A stretch of 64,000 nucleotides of DNA, taken from positions 80,465-144,464 of the forward strand of contig CAZJMV010000212.1 of the NCBI GenBank assembly GCA_964547225.1, read 5' to 3'. The stretch is from an uncultured Anaerolineaceae bacterium (GTDB taxonomy: Bacteria > Chloroflexota > Anaerolineae > Anaerolineales > UBA4823). This document shows positions 20,473 through 29,325 of the stretch, one piece after another. The notes under the pieces were generated by a model, which was given only the letters and a program-made list of their open reading frames with translations, was not told the origin of the DNA and made no database searches. Made by a program: the position numbers and the translations under genes. Numbering within the stretch: the first letter of the stretch is position 1; each line of letters starts with the position of its first letter.

Positions 20473-21198
20473 TTATTGACTAAAATATTTAAAAACCGCT
20501 TCAGCATCTTCAAACTGATTGCGTAATATTTGCTCTCTTCTACTTTTTGGATCAGGGAAAATGATCTTCATGACAATCGTATTATCTCTGGCAAAAATCT
20601 CATATTTCGGATCAATCTTAAAAAATCCTTGCATATGAGAAGAAGTAAAGAAATTCCGAATATTATTTTGTTCCTCGCCAAGAATAATAAAACGATCATC
20701 AATATAGGGAAATTCACCAAATTCAATTCTTTTGAGTTTATTTCGGTTACCTATCTTATCCACCAAGCCTGAAATCATTTGGTTTGCTAAAAAGGCTAGA
20801 CGATTATCAAAATTCAAAAAAGGAAACATAACAAAATACGGTAACGAGAGATAAGAAGAATGAATTACAAGAACATCTTCCCCTAAATTGGATGCTTCAG
20901 ATTCATCTTTAGCATTAATATCCATCAAATAATATTCAACATCCATCCTGCTTTGCACAAAAAGATTTTGAATATCAAGCGTATGTTCTTGCGGAAATAT
21001 TTGATTCAATTGATCAAGCACATTATTGTTTAGTTTTTCAATAGGTTTAAACCCTAACGACAACGCACGTTGCTTTTTCCTCGACAGTTGGTCTACTTTA
21101 TATCGATTTATCCAAAAAATACCTAAAGCAAAAAGGAGGATAAAGAAAAGCGCGATAAAAGTCCATAAATTTTGTTCAAGAATAGTTGAAAAAGTCAT
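20473..21198 (-). CDS. hypothetical membrane-anchored protein
   Basis: Long ORF with one N-terminal TM helix 'LWTFIALFFILLFALGIFWI'. No recognisable motif. Start taken at the Met of 'MTFSTILEQ'; the ORF is open to 21246. Confidence 0.5.
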   Translation of the reverse strand: MTFSTILEQNLWTFIALFFILLFALGIFWINRYKVDQLSRKKQRALSLGFKPIEKLNNNVLDQLNQIFPQEHTLDIQNLFVQSRMDVEYYLMDINAKDESEASNLGEDVLVIHSSYLSLPYFVMFPFLNFDNRLAFLANQMISGLVDKIGNRNKLKRIEFGEFPYIDDRFIILGEEQNNIRNFFTSSHMQGFFKIDPKYEIFARDNTIVMKIIFPDPKSRREQILRNQFEDAEAVFKYFSQ

Positions 21199-21276
21199 TT
21201 CAACTTTAAGTAAACGAGTGAATCTCTGATAACATAGCATCATCATTTTCCTATATCAGCATAAACTCTTCAAAGA

Positions 21277-23337
21277 TCAGTATTCATCTCTAAAACCATC
21301 ATCATCTTCACCCGCCAATAAACGTATCCTCTCCCAGGGAGGAATATTGCTCTCATCTGCTAATATTGAACGCAACTCAAACATTTCATCCCGTAACGCA
21401 GCTGCTTTTTCAAATTCGAGATTCTTTGCTGCCTCTTTCATTTTCTTCTCCAATTCATTGATCAGCCTACTCATTTCTTTCTTCGGTAATCCAGCTGCGC
21501 CACTTACTCGGTACTCACCCTTTGGTTCTGAAACTACTTTCATCGATAATTGATCGGTGAGATCACGAACTTGCTTGAAAATTCCAACTGGTTCAATGCC
21601 ATGCTCTTGATTGTAACCAATCTGCTTATCACGACGGCGATTAGTTTCATCAATCGCTCTACGCATTGAATCAGTGATACGATCCGCATACATGATCACC
21701 CTTCCATTTACATGACGAGCAGCGCGTCCAATAGTCTGGATCAAAGCGATTTCCGATCGAAGAAAACCTTCTTTATCAGCATCTAAAACTGCTACGAGAG
21801 ATACTTCGGGTAAATCCAATCCTTCACGCAAGAGGTTAATGCCGACAATCACATCAAAAACCCCTAAACGTAGGTCACGTAGAATTCCGACACGTTCTAA
21901 TGTATCAATTTCTGAATGCAGATAATGAACTTTAACCCCCATTTCCATCAGATAGTCGGATAATTTTTCAGCCATACGTTTTGTTAGGGTAGTAACAAGC
22001 ACGCGTTGTCCCAATTCAACTCGCTTGTTAATTTCTGATAACAGATCATCAACCTGTCCTTCAATTGGTCTGACTTCTACTTCTGGATCAACCAACCCCG
22101 TCGGGCGAATGATCTGCTCCACAACTTGGTTAGAACAATCCATTTCATAAGGTCCCGGTGTTGCACTGGTATAGATGGTGAAGCCCATCCGTTCCTGAAA
22201 TTCTTCAAAAGTCAATGGACGGTTATCCAAGGCGGAAGGAAGACGAAATCCATATTCTACTAATGTGGTTTTCCTTGAGCGATCACCATTAAACATACCT
22301 CGTATTTGAGGAATGGTCATATGCGATTCATCAATAACCAATAAATAATCACTCGGCAAATAATCCATTAATGTCCAAGGAGATGTACCTTCTGAACGTT
22401 GATCCAAATGTCTCGAATAGTTCTCAATTCCAGAACAATAACCCACCTCACGCAACATTTCAAGGTCATATTGAGTTCTACTTTCCAATCGCTGGGCTTC
22501 TAATAACATTCCATTTGAATTAAAATATGCCATTCGCTCAGATAGCTCATCCTCAATATCAAAGATTGCTTTCTTTAATTTTTCATCTTCGGTAATAAAG
22601 TGCTTGGCTGGATAGATATGAATAGATTTCAACTCGCGTTTTAATTCACCTGTAATACTATCGAATTCAATCACGCGCTCAATTTCATCACCAAAAAAAG
22701 AGACTCGGTAACCATATTTTTCTTGATAAGCAGGGACAATATCCAAGCTATCGCCTCTTACACGAAAAGTACCAGGGCGTAATTCCAAATCATTGCGTTC
22801 ATAATGCCCCTCGATTAATTGACGTAATAGGGCATTCCGACGGTAAATTAACCCACTTTCTAAATTAATGACAACACGTCCATAAGCATCCGGATTACCA
22901 ATCCCATAGATACAGGAAACAGAAGCGACAACAATCACATCCCTGCGAGACATCAAAGAAGTTGTAGCCGCCAATCTTAATCGTTCAATCTCTTCATTAA
23001 TATCCGCGTCTTTTTCGATATAGAGATCGTGACGGGGTACATAGGCTTCTGGTTGATAATAGTCATAATACGAGACAAAATACTCAACTGCATTATCCGG
23101 AAAGAATTGCTTGAATTCGGCATATAATTGAGCCGCAAGCGTTTTATTATGAGCCATCACTAGCGCTGGTTTTTGTATCTTCTCTATTACTGACGCTATT
23201 GTAAACGTCTTCCCTGTACCCGTCGCTCCTAGTAGAACCTGGTCATGTAAGCCATTATCGATACCCTCTACTAACTTTATGATCGCTTCTGGCTGATCAC
23301 CCATCGGTTTATAAGGAGCCTGAAGTTTAAATTCCAT
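21277..23337 (-). CDS. uvrB: excinuclease ABC subunit B
   Basis: Walker A 'GATGTGKTF', 'VIDESHMT', helicase motifs 'TTLTKRMAE' and 'QTIGRAAR', C-terminal UVR motif '[12 protein letters not shown]'. Confidence 0.95.
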   Translation of the reverse strand: MEFKLQAPYKPMGDQPEAIIKLVEGIDNGLHDQVLLGATGTGKTFTIASVIEKIQKPALVMAHNKTLAAQLYAEFKQFFPDNAVEYFVSYYDYYQPEAYVPRHDLYIEKDADINEEIERLRLAATTSLMSRRDVIVVASVSCIYGIGNPDAYGRVVINLESGLIYRRNALLRQLIEGHYERNDLELRPGTFRVRGDSLDIVPAYQEKYGYRVSFFGDEIERVIEFDSITGELKRELKSIHIYPAKHFITEDEKLKKAIFDIEDELSERMAYFNSNGMLLEAQRLESRTQYDLEMLREVGYCSGIENYSRHLDQRSEGTSPWTLMDYLPSDYLLVIDESHMTIPQIRGMFNGDRSRKTTLVEYGFRLPSALDNRPLTFEEFQERMGFTIYTSATPGPYEMDCSNQVVEQIIRPTGLVDPEVEVRPIEGQVDDLLSEINKRVELGQRVLVTTLTKRMAEKLSDYLMEMGVKVHYLHSEIDTLERVGILRDLRLGVFDVIVGINLLREGLDLPEVSLVAVLDADKEGFLRSEIALIQTIGRAARHVNGRVIMYADRITDSMRRAIDETNRRRDKQIGYNQEHGIEPVGIFKQVRDLTDQLSMKVVSEPKGEYRVSGAAGLPKKEMSRLINELEKKMKEAAKNLEFEKAAALRDEMFELRSILADESNIPPWERIRLLAGEDDDGFRDEY

Positions 23338-23456
23338 TAACCTCTAACCTCAACTGAAAGAAAATCTTAAGTATCTATCCAACAGTGTAATAACACAACT
23401 TGATTATACTATGTGATCTAAGTGATCATTGTTTAGCACTTCTAATCCAATTTTTA

Positions 23457-23485
23457 TTGACCCAACGAACAATACAGAGTATTAT
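23457..23485 (+). promoter_or_regulatory. sigma-70 type promoter for rnpB
   Basis: TTGACC (23457-23462), a 17-nt spacer, then TATTAT (23480-23485). The predicted start lands at the 5' end of RNase P helix P1. Confidence 0.55.
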
Positions 23486-23489
23486 CAAG

Positions 23490-23894
23490 TTACCAGGTCG
23501 ATCGGGCGATCGCGGTACCTTTGATAGGTATCGAGGAAAGTCCGCACTCCATAGAGCATGATACCGGGTAATCCCCGGGGTGGGGTAACCTGCCGGATAG
23601 GACCACAGAAACATACCGCTGCGAAGTAATTCTCAGTAAGGGTGAAAAGGTGGTGTAAGGGACCACCGGCATGTTTAGCAATAAATATGTCAGGTAACCC
23701 CTATCAGGAGCAAGATCAAGCAGGAACAATACTTACGGGTAGGAAGTTGCTCGCTTCCAGATCTTCTGTTTCACAGAAGGGAAAGTTCCGGGTAGATCGC
23801 ATGAGTTATTTGGAGACAAATAACCTAGATAGATGATCGCCTGAATAGGTGAATTCCTATTCAACAGAATGCGGCTTATAGACCGACCTGGCTT
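23490..23894 (+). ncRNA. rnpB: RNase P RNA, bacterial type A
   Basis: Universal P4 strands 'GAGGAAAGTCCG' and 'ACAGAATGCGGCTTAT'. 'AAGGGTGAAAAGGTGGTGTAAGGGACCACC' matches the E. coli M1 P15 region. P1 pairing is ccaggtcg (23493-23500) with cgacctgg (23884-23891). Ends are approximate, within about 5 nt. Confidence 0.85.
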
Positions 23895-23946
23895 CAAAAG
23901 CATAAACTAACGTATCATTTTCGATAAATATCTGATAAATAAGTTG

Positions 23947-23979
23947 AAGAGTTCCTTCAATAAGCAGGAACTCTTTTTT
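23947..23979 (+). terminator. rho-independent terminator downstream of rnpB
   Basis: 10-bp stem aagagttcct / aggaactctt with a 9-nt loop, followed by a T-run on the plus strand. Confidence 0.55.
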
Positions 23980-24001
23980 ATAATGCGTAAACTCGATTAT
24001 C

Positions 24002-25141
24002 TTATTTTCCCGGAAGAAGCCCACCTCCACCAGGTCTTGGAAGCCCACCTCCTCCAGGTTTAGGGAGATTTCCACCACCTGGTTGTGGTAACTCTGGTTT
24101 TGATAATCCCTCTGGTCTGGTTCCTAGCGATTTTTCAAAGTTGCCAATATTATCTCGCGCTTGGGGTAATTGCCCTCCAGCTAATTGGAGTGTGATCTCA
24201 CTCACTCGAGGAGATAATCCCTGGAATTTTTCACCTCCATTTCGTTGTAAACCTTCAGATAAATTGGCTCCAATCTGTGCAATATTGAACAGCTCATCGA
24301 AAGAAAATTTATTATCTGCCAGCGATACTTGTACTTGATCAACAAAACTGAAAGCTTCCTTGAGGGTATCGGCTAAATTCTCGGGAACATTATCCGCTTT
24401 TATCTCTGCAATCGAATTGATACGATCTTGGCGTTCTGATTGAGCTATACCCACCCAATCTTGAACCTGTTCCTGCGTTTGTGCTAAATTTGAAGCAGCA
24501 TTGACAGCAGCAGTTTCTAGTTGTTCTATCGTTTCAGTCGCTAGATCTACACCCTGAATAAGTGCATCTTCCACTTCGACTAAAACTTCCGCTAAATACA
24601 CAACGCTATCCGCCATACTCTCCAAATCATCTTCCACAGCCATCAACAATTCAATGGTCTCATAAGCCAGATCTCCATAAACATAATAATAGGCATCAAT
24701 CAATTCCATTGCATAATAGATCGCCTCTTCAGCACCATAAACATAAGCCTCAACATATTCGTATTCCTCTTGGGAAACGGTATCATCATAAACCACTTCT
24801 GTGGTTGCGGTACTGGCTTGATTGGTGGCTGCGATCGCTTCTTCAACAGCTTGATTGATCAATTCCTCGAGTTCCTCTTCCGTTAAGGTGATATATTCAA
24901 CGGATGTTTCAGGCGTATCAGCCGGAGGCATTGCAGTTGTTGTTGCCGCTAATGCAGAATCGAGCGTCGCTTGTATTCCTACTTCCGCAGAATTTGTTGC
25001 CAAGATCGCATAATCAATCGTGGCTTGAGCGTCAATTGTTGCCGTAGCTTCACCCGTTGAAGATAACGCAGACATGCTGCAAGCAAGGGACAGCATCACT
25101 AACAGGCTAATCATCAATAGTGGGGTTATTTTATGTTTCAT
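24002..25141 (-). CDS. secreted/lipid-anchored acidic low-complexity protein with PGGG-repeat tail
   Basis: Signal peptide 'MKHKITPLLMISLLVMLSLAC', a long Glu/Asp/Ala/Tyr-rich helical body, and a C-terminal tail 'LPQPGGGNLPKPGGGGLPRPGGGGLLPGK'. Confidence 0.6.
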   Translation of the reverse strand: MKHKITPLLMISLLVMLSLACSMSALSSTGEATATIDAQATIDYAILATNSAEVGIQATLDSALAATTTAMPPADTPETSVEYITLTEEELEELINQAVEEAIAATNQASTATTEVVYDDTVSQEEYEYVEAYVYGAEEAIYYAMELIDAYYYVYGDLAYETIELLMAVEDDLESMADSVVYLAEVLVEVEDALIQGVDLATETIEQLETAAVNAASNLAQTQEQVQDWVGIAQSERQDRINSIAEIKADNVPENLADTLKEAFSFVDQVQVSLADNKFSFDELFNIAQIGANLSEGLQRNGGEKFQGLSPRVSEITLQLAGGQLPQARDNIGNFEKSLGTRPEGLSKPELPQPGGGNLPKPGGGGLPRPGGGGLLPGK

Positions 25142-25188
25142 TTCGTTCTCCTTTAAATTAATTATCTGATTACTTTAGAATAAAAACC

Positions 25189-26439
25189 TTATCTTTTTTT
25201 CGTAAGTGTCTGAACATCTTGTACAGGGTACAAAAATATACCTTTTGGCTTTAATAAAAAAGTGATTTCTCTTATCAGAACCAAATTCCATTCCGAAAAT
25301 ATCGTTTCAATGATCAGCGAGATAAAGTTACTAATATTGATCGTGAATTGACTGGTATTAATATTTGAATTTCCAAAAGGAAAATAGCAAAAATCTTTTC
25401 CACCCAAAACCAAAGTGGAATCCCAGCGAAAAGGATCAAAGCGCTGAGGATCTTTCACGAACCGAGCATCACGCTGCATGAGCCAAGGACTGATCAAAAT
25501 ACGGTCTTCCTCAGAAAAATGGAAACCACCTAATTCAAATAATTGCTGAACACTTCGAGTAAGTATCCATACGGGAGGAGACAATCGAAGAGTTTCATAA
25601 ATGATAAATCGAGAAAGATTTTTGTCATTTTCCTCATGATCCCCATAATGACTGAACCATCTTCGAGAGTCCTGATTCGGAATTTGCTCTTGTAAAAGTT
25701 GATCTCTTGCTAAAAAATACAGACACCAATACAGAATATTATTCACTAATTCAAACATAAACCGATCTTCTGGAATGAACAAGTCTTTATTAAAAGACAG
25801 CAAAGAATCCTGGTTCAACAATAAAAAGATATTCTTAGATAATTCCTTACTCGTTCTATAGATATCTATTTTTTGTCTGACATTCCACCTGTTAGTAAAT
25901 TGTCTGGTGGTTTGGATGATCTCATCCTTTAACTGATCAGAGATAACAAAATGTTCAGGTTGACTATTAAGAATGATAGAAAAAAAGGTTTGTTCAACTT
26001 CAAGCGCTGCTTTGTCATATCGATTTATATTTGAGTACGCTTTCCATGAAAAACGGTCATTTTCATCAGTTAGTATCATTTGAATATAATCAGGATGATT
26101 GATCAGATAGAAAGGAGATCTCCCTAATCGAACCCGTGAGATATCACCATGTTTACGAGTTGTTCTCTCAAGATAAGCAACCGGCGCCTGATAGAAAGCA
26201 GAAAACAGGAAATCATGTACTGAGTTCGGAGCGATCATATTCATCTTATTGATAGAAATTTGAGCTATTTTCATAATTTCCATTATCCGAAAAATCCTAT
26301 AATAAATCCATTTCCATAAAATTGCTTCTAGAATAACAAAGAAAACATGTCCTGTCTGCATACGGAAGTAGGAAATTACTCCCCCTCTTTGGTAGGTATA
26401 TAGATTAAGATTAAAGGCTTCCCATATCAGGTAGATCAT
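25189..26439 (-). CDS. cytochrome P450-fold protein lacking the axial cysteine (degenerate P450)
   Basis: ExxR in 'IIYETLRLSPP', meander 'DPQRFDPFRW', then 'FPFGNSNINTSQF' in place of FxxGxRxCxG. The start is uncertain: ATG 26439 overlaps the upstream regulator by 29 nt, and alternatives lie at 26361 and 26283. Confidence 0.7.
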   Translation of the reverse strand: MIYLIWEAFNLNLYTYQRGGVISYFRMQTGHVFFVILEAILWKWIYYRIFRIMEIMKIAQISINKMNMIAPNSVHDFLFSAFYQAPVAYLERTTRKHGDISRVRLGRSPFYLINHPDYIQMILTDENDRFSWKAYSNINRYDKAALEVEQTFFSIILNSQPEHFVISDQLKDEIIQTTRQFTNRWNVRQKIDIYRTSKELSKNIFLLLNQDSLLSFNKDLFIPEDRFMFELVNNILYWCLYFLARDQLLQEQIPNQDSRRWFSHYGDHEENDKNLSRFIIYETLRLSPPVWILTRSVQQLFELGGFHFSEEDRILISPWLMQRDARFVKDPQRFDPFRWDSTLVLGGKDFCYFPFGNSNINTSQFTINISNFISLIIETIFSEWNLVLIREITFLLKPKGIFLYPVQDVQTLTKKR

Positions 26440-27109
26440 CTTGGTTGATCAACCCATATCGAACAGCGATTAATGCTGCTTGAGTTCGGTCGGAAATATT
26501 TAATTTGCTTAGGATCGCGCTTACATATCCTTTAACCGTTGCTTCAGTCAGGGAAAGAGCTTGTCCAATTTCCTTGTTGCTGAAACCACGTGCGATTAAA
26601 ATCAGCACATCCTTTTCACGGGAGGTTAGATCTTTGAATGGATCAGAAGGCAGAGGCACCCGCTCCATTAATCTACGAGCAATATCAGGATGTAGTTGTG
26701 GCTCACCTCTTACCGCGCCTCGAATCGCATTCACAAGCTCTTCACCATCCATATCTTTTAACAAATAACCACTAATTCCTGCCCGCATTGCAGAAAAGAG
26801 TTGCGAATCATCACCGAAACTGGTCAAAACCAAGATAGCAATATCAGGATTTTGATCGTGAATGATATTAGCAGCCTGTATCCCATCCAATTCAGGCATT
26901 TGTAAATCTACAAGGATCACATCAGGTTTCATTTCGCGAGCTAATTCTACTGCTTGATTTCCATTTCGAGCCTCCCCCAATAATTCCATATCTGTCTCGC
27001 TATTGATCGTCATCCGTAAACCACGCAATACCATCTCATGATCATCTGCAATCACAACACCAATCATTTTCTGCTCATTTTGTACATTACGGTTCTGTTT
27101 ATTACTCAT
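26411..27109 (-). CDS. NarL/LuxR-family response regulator
   Basis: Receiver 'IADDHEMV ... DVILVDLQMPELDG', HTH 'LTSREKDVLILIARGFSNKEIGQALSLTEATVKGYV'. Confidence 0.9.
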   Translation of the reverse strand: MSNKQNRNVQNEQKMIGVVIADDHEMVLRGLRMTINSETDMELLGEARNGNQAVELAREMKPDVILVDLQMPELDGIQAANIIHDQNPDIAILVLTSFGDDSQLFSAMRAGISGYLLKDMDGEELVNAIRGAVRGEPQLHPDIARRLMERVPLPSDPFKDLTSREKDVLILIARGFSNKEIGQALSLTEATVKGYVSAILSKLNISDRTQAALIAVRYGLINQDDLPDMGSL

Positions 27110-29270
27110 CTTGCCCTTTCCTCGATAGGGGTATTTTAATTTCGATCTTAGTACCTGAACTTGGTTTGGATAGGATCTTTATAGTACCATTCAATTCACT
27201 GATCCGCTCTCGCATCCCTTTCAACCCCAATCCTCGACTGGATACCTCTTCTGTTAAGAATCCCAATCCATCATCACTGATCAGAATTAAAAAATTATCG
27301 GTTCCTTTTATCAATCGAAGGGTTACTTGTTCTTCTCCACTATGTTTATATGCATTATGGACAGCTTCTTTCACTATATGCAAGACATGATATGCAATCC
27401 ATTGAGTTACTAATATATCTGGAGGGATCTCCGAGGCTACCTTGAAATGATAATTAATAGAATTATCGTCAAAATGATTGATCTTTCCACAGTAATCGTT
27501 CAAAATTTGGCTTAGATCACAACTATCGGCTTTGCTACCTTCTTCGAAATGCCAAGATTGTTCAGAGAAAGAAATTTGATTGAGCTGACTTACTTCTCTT
27601 AATTGAATTAATAGGTCTCGCATCTCTTTAAGGGTAATTATTGCAGCTTCTTCCAGGTCCGATAATCCTTGCATCACAGCTTGGGGGTTAATTTTGAAGA
27701 GTTTCCTTAACGCTCTTGCACTAATATTGATACTGAAAAGAGATTGAGAGATGGAGTCATGCAAATCGCGGGCAATTCTTTGTCGTTCTTCATAAACAGC
27801 TAATGATCTCTGTTTTTCTAAAACCTCTTCGGTTTTACTTAATACTCGTTGCTCTAGTTCCTTATTTAATGCTTCGAGCTCATCAATGGTTTCTGTATAG
27901 GCTAATGCTAAAGCAGCTTGCCCAACTAATCCATCGAGTTGTTCCTTTTCATCGTTCTCTAAAGAAAGTCCAATTTGGCGAGGTCCTAACCAATAGCGCC
28001 CCAAAGATCTTCCAGCAACGATTAATTGAGCATTCCAAATTGGTGACGTTTCCTGCACACCAGACACATCCGGATCTGGAGCGAGTGTCAGGGAAGCCCA
28101 TTTGATTCCCAAACGAGGTGGTAGTTCTTGAGTCAAAAGATCGATAACTTCATTCTTGCTTTTTGTTTGTTTAAGTGCCTCACGAGCTGATTGTATCTCT
28201 CGAGTAAATCTAATTTTCTCGGGATATAAAGCTTTATCGACTAATCCTTGTAAAAGTGATCGAGCTGGTTCAAATAATACCGCTGCTATGAATAAGCTAA
28301 TCACAGTCACGACTAAGCGCGCCTGCTCCCAGATATTTGCGATCAACGCTGTCAATCCAGCTGTTACCATAAAATAAAAGGTTAACAATAAAACCGACAG
28401 AATTGAATAGGCGATTCCCCTTCGCAGAGCGCGGTCAATCCCAAATAGATCATGACGCAATACAGAATAGGCAATACTAACCGGTATTAAGATCTGAGCC
28501 AATAAGACGAGATCAAATGGAATAATCTCCATCCCCAAATAAAGACCTAAAGGACGCAATAGCGCTGGAGTCTCAGCAAAAATGAAACTAAAAAATAAAA
28601 GGCGCGCCTGTTGCGCTTCTCTTAGATATAAAGGATTTGTATCACGACTAGTTTTCAATAATAAACTAGCTGCAAAAACCAATATCCCAATTATCCATAA
28701 AGATAAGACTATAAAGGAACATATTCGAAAAAAAACATTCGCTGAGAATAATAATGAGAAAAGTAATCCAAGGCTAATAAAATAGGTACAGATTAATTGA
28801 TGTCTTGATATGGAATGTCTTCGGGGAAAGCGGGAAGCTAAATGTAATGTTAACGGACCAAGCAAAATACCATTTAACAAACGAATGATCAAATAACCTG
28901 GGAAATAGAAAATAATCCTATTTTTCAGTAGATGATCAGGCAATTCGGTATTCGACATCGGTGTAACCAATATGAATGCCATCACAGTAGCCAAACAACC
29001 AGCTAGCATAGTCGTCATACTAGGTCGGATCAGCGCTGGCAATAGACCGGATGACAAAATTAAAAAAGCAACGGTTCCAGATAAAGGAGTTACCAGGATT
29101 GGTGGGCGATGCTTAGCGAAAAAACCAAAAAAAAGAAATACCAAGACCTCAATTATGAATAATAAATATAAAGGATATACCCCTAGATAATCCTTTCGTG
29201 TATTTTCTGAGACACCAAGTACTTGACGTTTAAAGAATCGCATAGCTTCCCTAGGATAAATAACTTTCAT
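27102..29270 (-). CDS. sensor histidine kinase, HisKA_3 type, with large polytopic N-terminal domain
   Basis: About 10 predicted TM helices in the first roughly 330 aa, a coiled coil, H-box 'RIARDLHDSISQSL', and ATPase motifs 'HNAYKHS', 'DDGLGF' and 'GLGLKGMRERI'. Confidence 0.85.
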   Translation of the reverse strand: MKVIYPREAMRFFKRQVLGVSENTRKDYLGVYPLYLLFIIEVLVFLFFGFFAKHRPPILVTPLSGTVAFLILSSGLLPALIRPSMTTMLAGCLATVMAFILVTPMSNTELPDHLLKNRIIFYFPGYLIIRLLNGILLGPLTLHLASRFPRRHSISRHQLICTYFISLGLLFSLLFSANVFFRICSFIVLSLWIIGILVFAASLLLKTSRDTNPLYLREAQQARLLFFSFIFAETPALLRPLGLYLGMEIIPFDLVLLAQILIPVSIAYSVLRHDLFGIDRALRRGIAYSILSVLLLTFYFMVTAGLTALIANIWEQARLVVTVISLFIAAVLFEPARSLLQGLVDKALYPEKIRFTREIQSAREALKQTKSKNEVIDLLTQELPPRLGIKWASLTLAPDPDVSGVQETSPIWNAQLIVAGRSLGRYWLGPRQIGLSLENDEKEQLDGLVGQAALALAYTETIDELEALNKELEQRVLSKTEEVLEKQRSLAVYEERQRIARDLHDSISQSLFSINISARALRKLFKINPQAVMQGLSDLEEAAIITLKEMRDLLIQLREVSQLNQISFSEQSWHFEEGSKADSCDLSQILNDYCGKINHFDDNSINYHFKVASEIPPDILVTQWIAYHVLHIVKEAVHNAYKHSGEEQVTLRLIKGTDNFLILISDDGLGFLTEEVSSRGLGLKGMRERISELNGTIKILSKPSSGTKIEIKIPLSRKGQDE

Positions 29271-29325
29271 AAATTGTATCAGTACCTAAGGAAATTTTAC
29301 TTTTCAAAAAGCTTTCAGTTACGAA

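Noticed and set aside
23426-23836. Three short ORFs (23426-23614, 23490-23729 and 23642-23836) in the uvrB-downstream gap.
   Set aside because: They lie inside the RNase P RNA gene, whose conserved P4, P15 and P1 elements account for the region.
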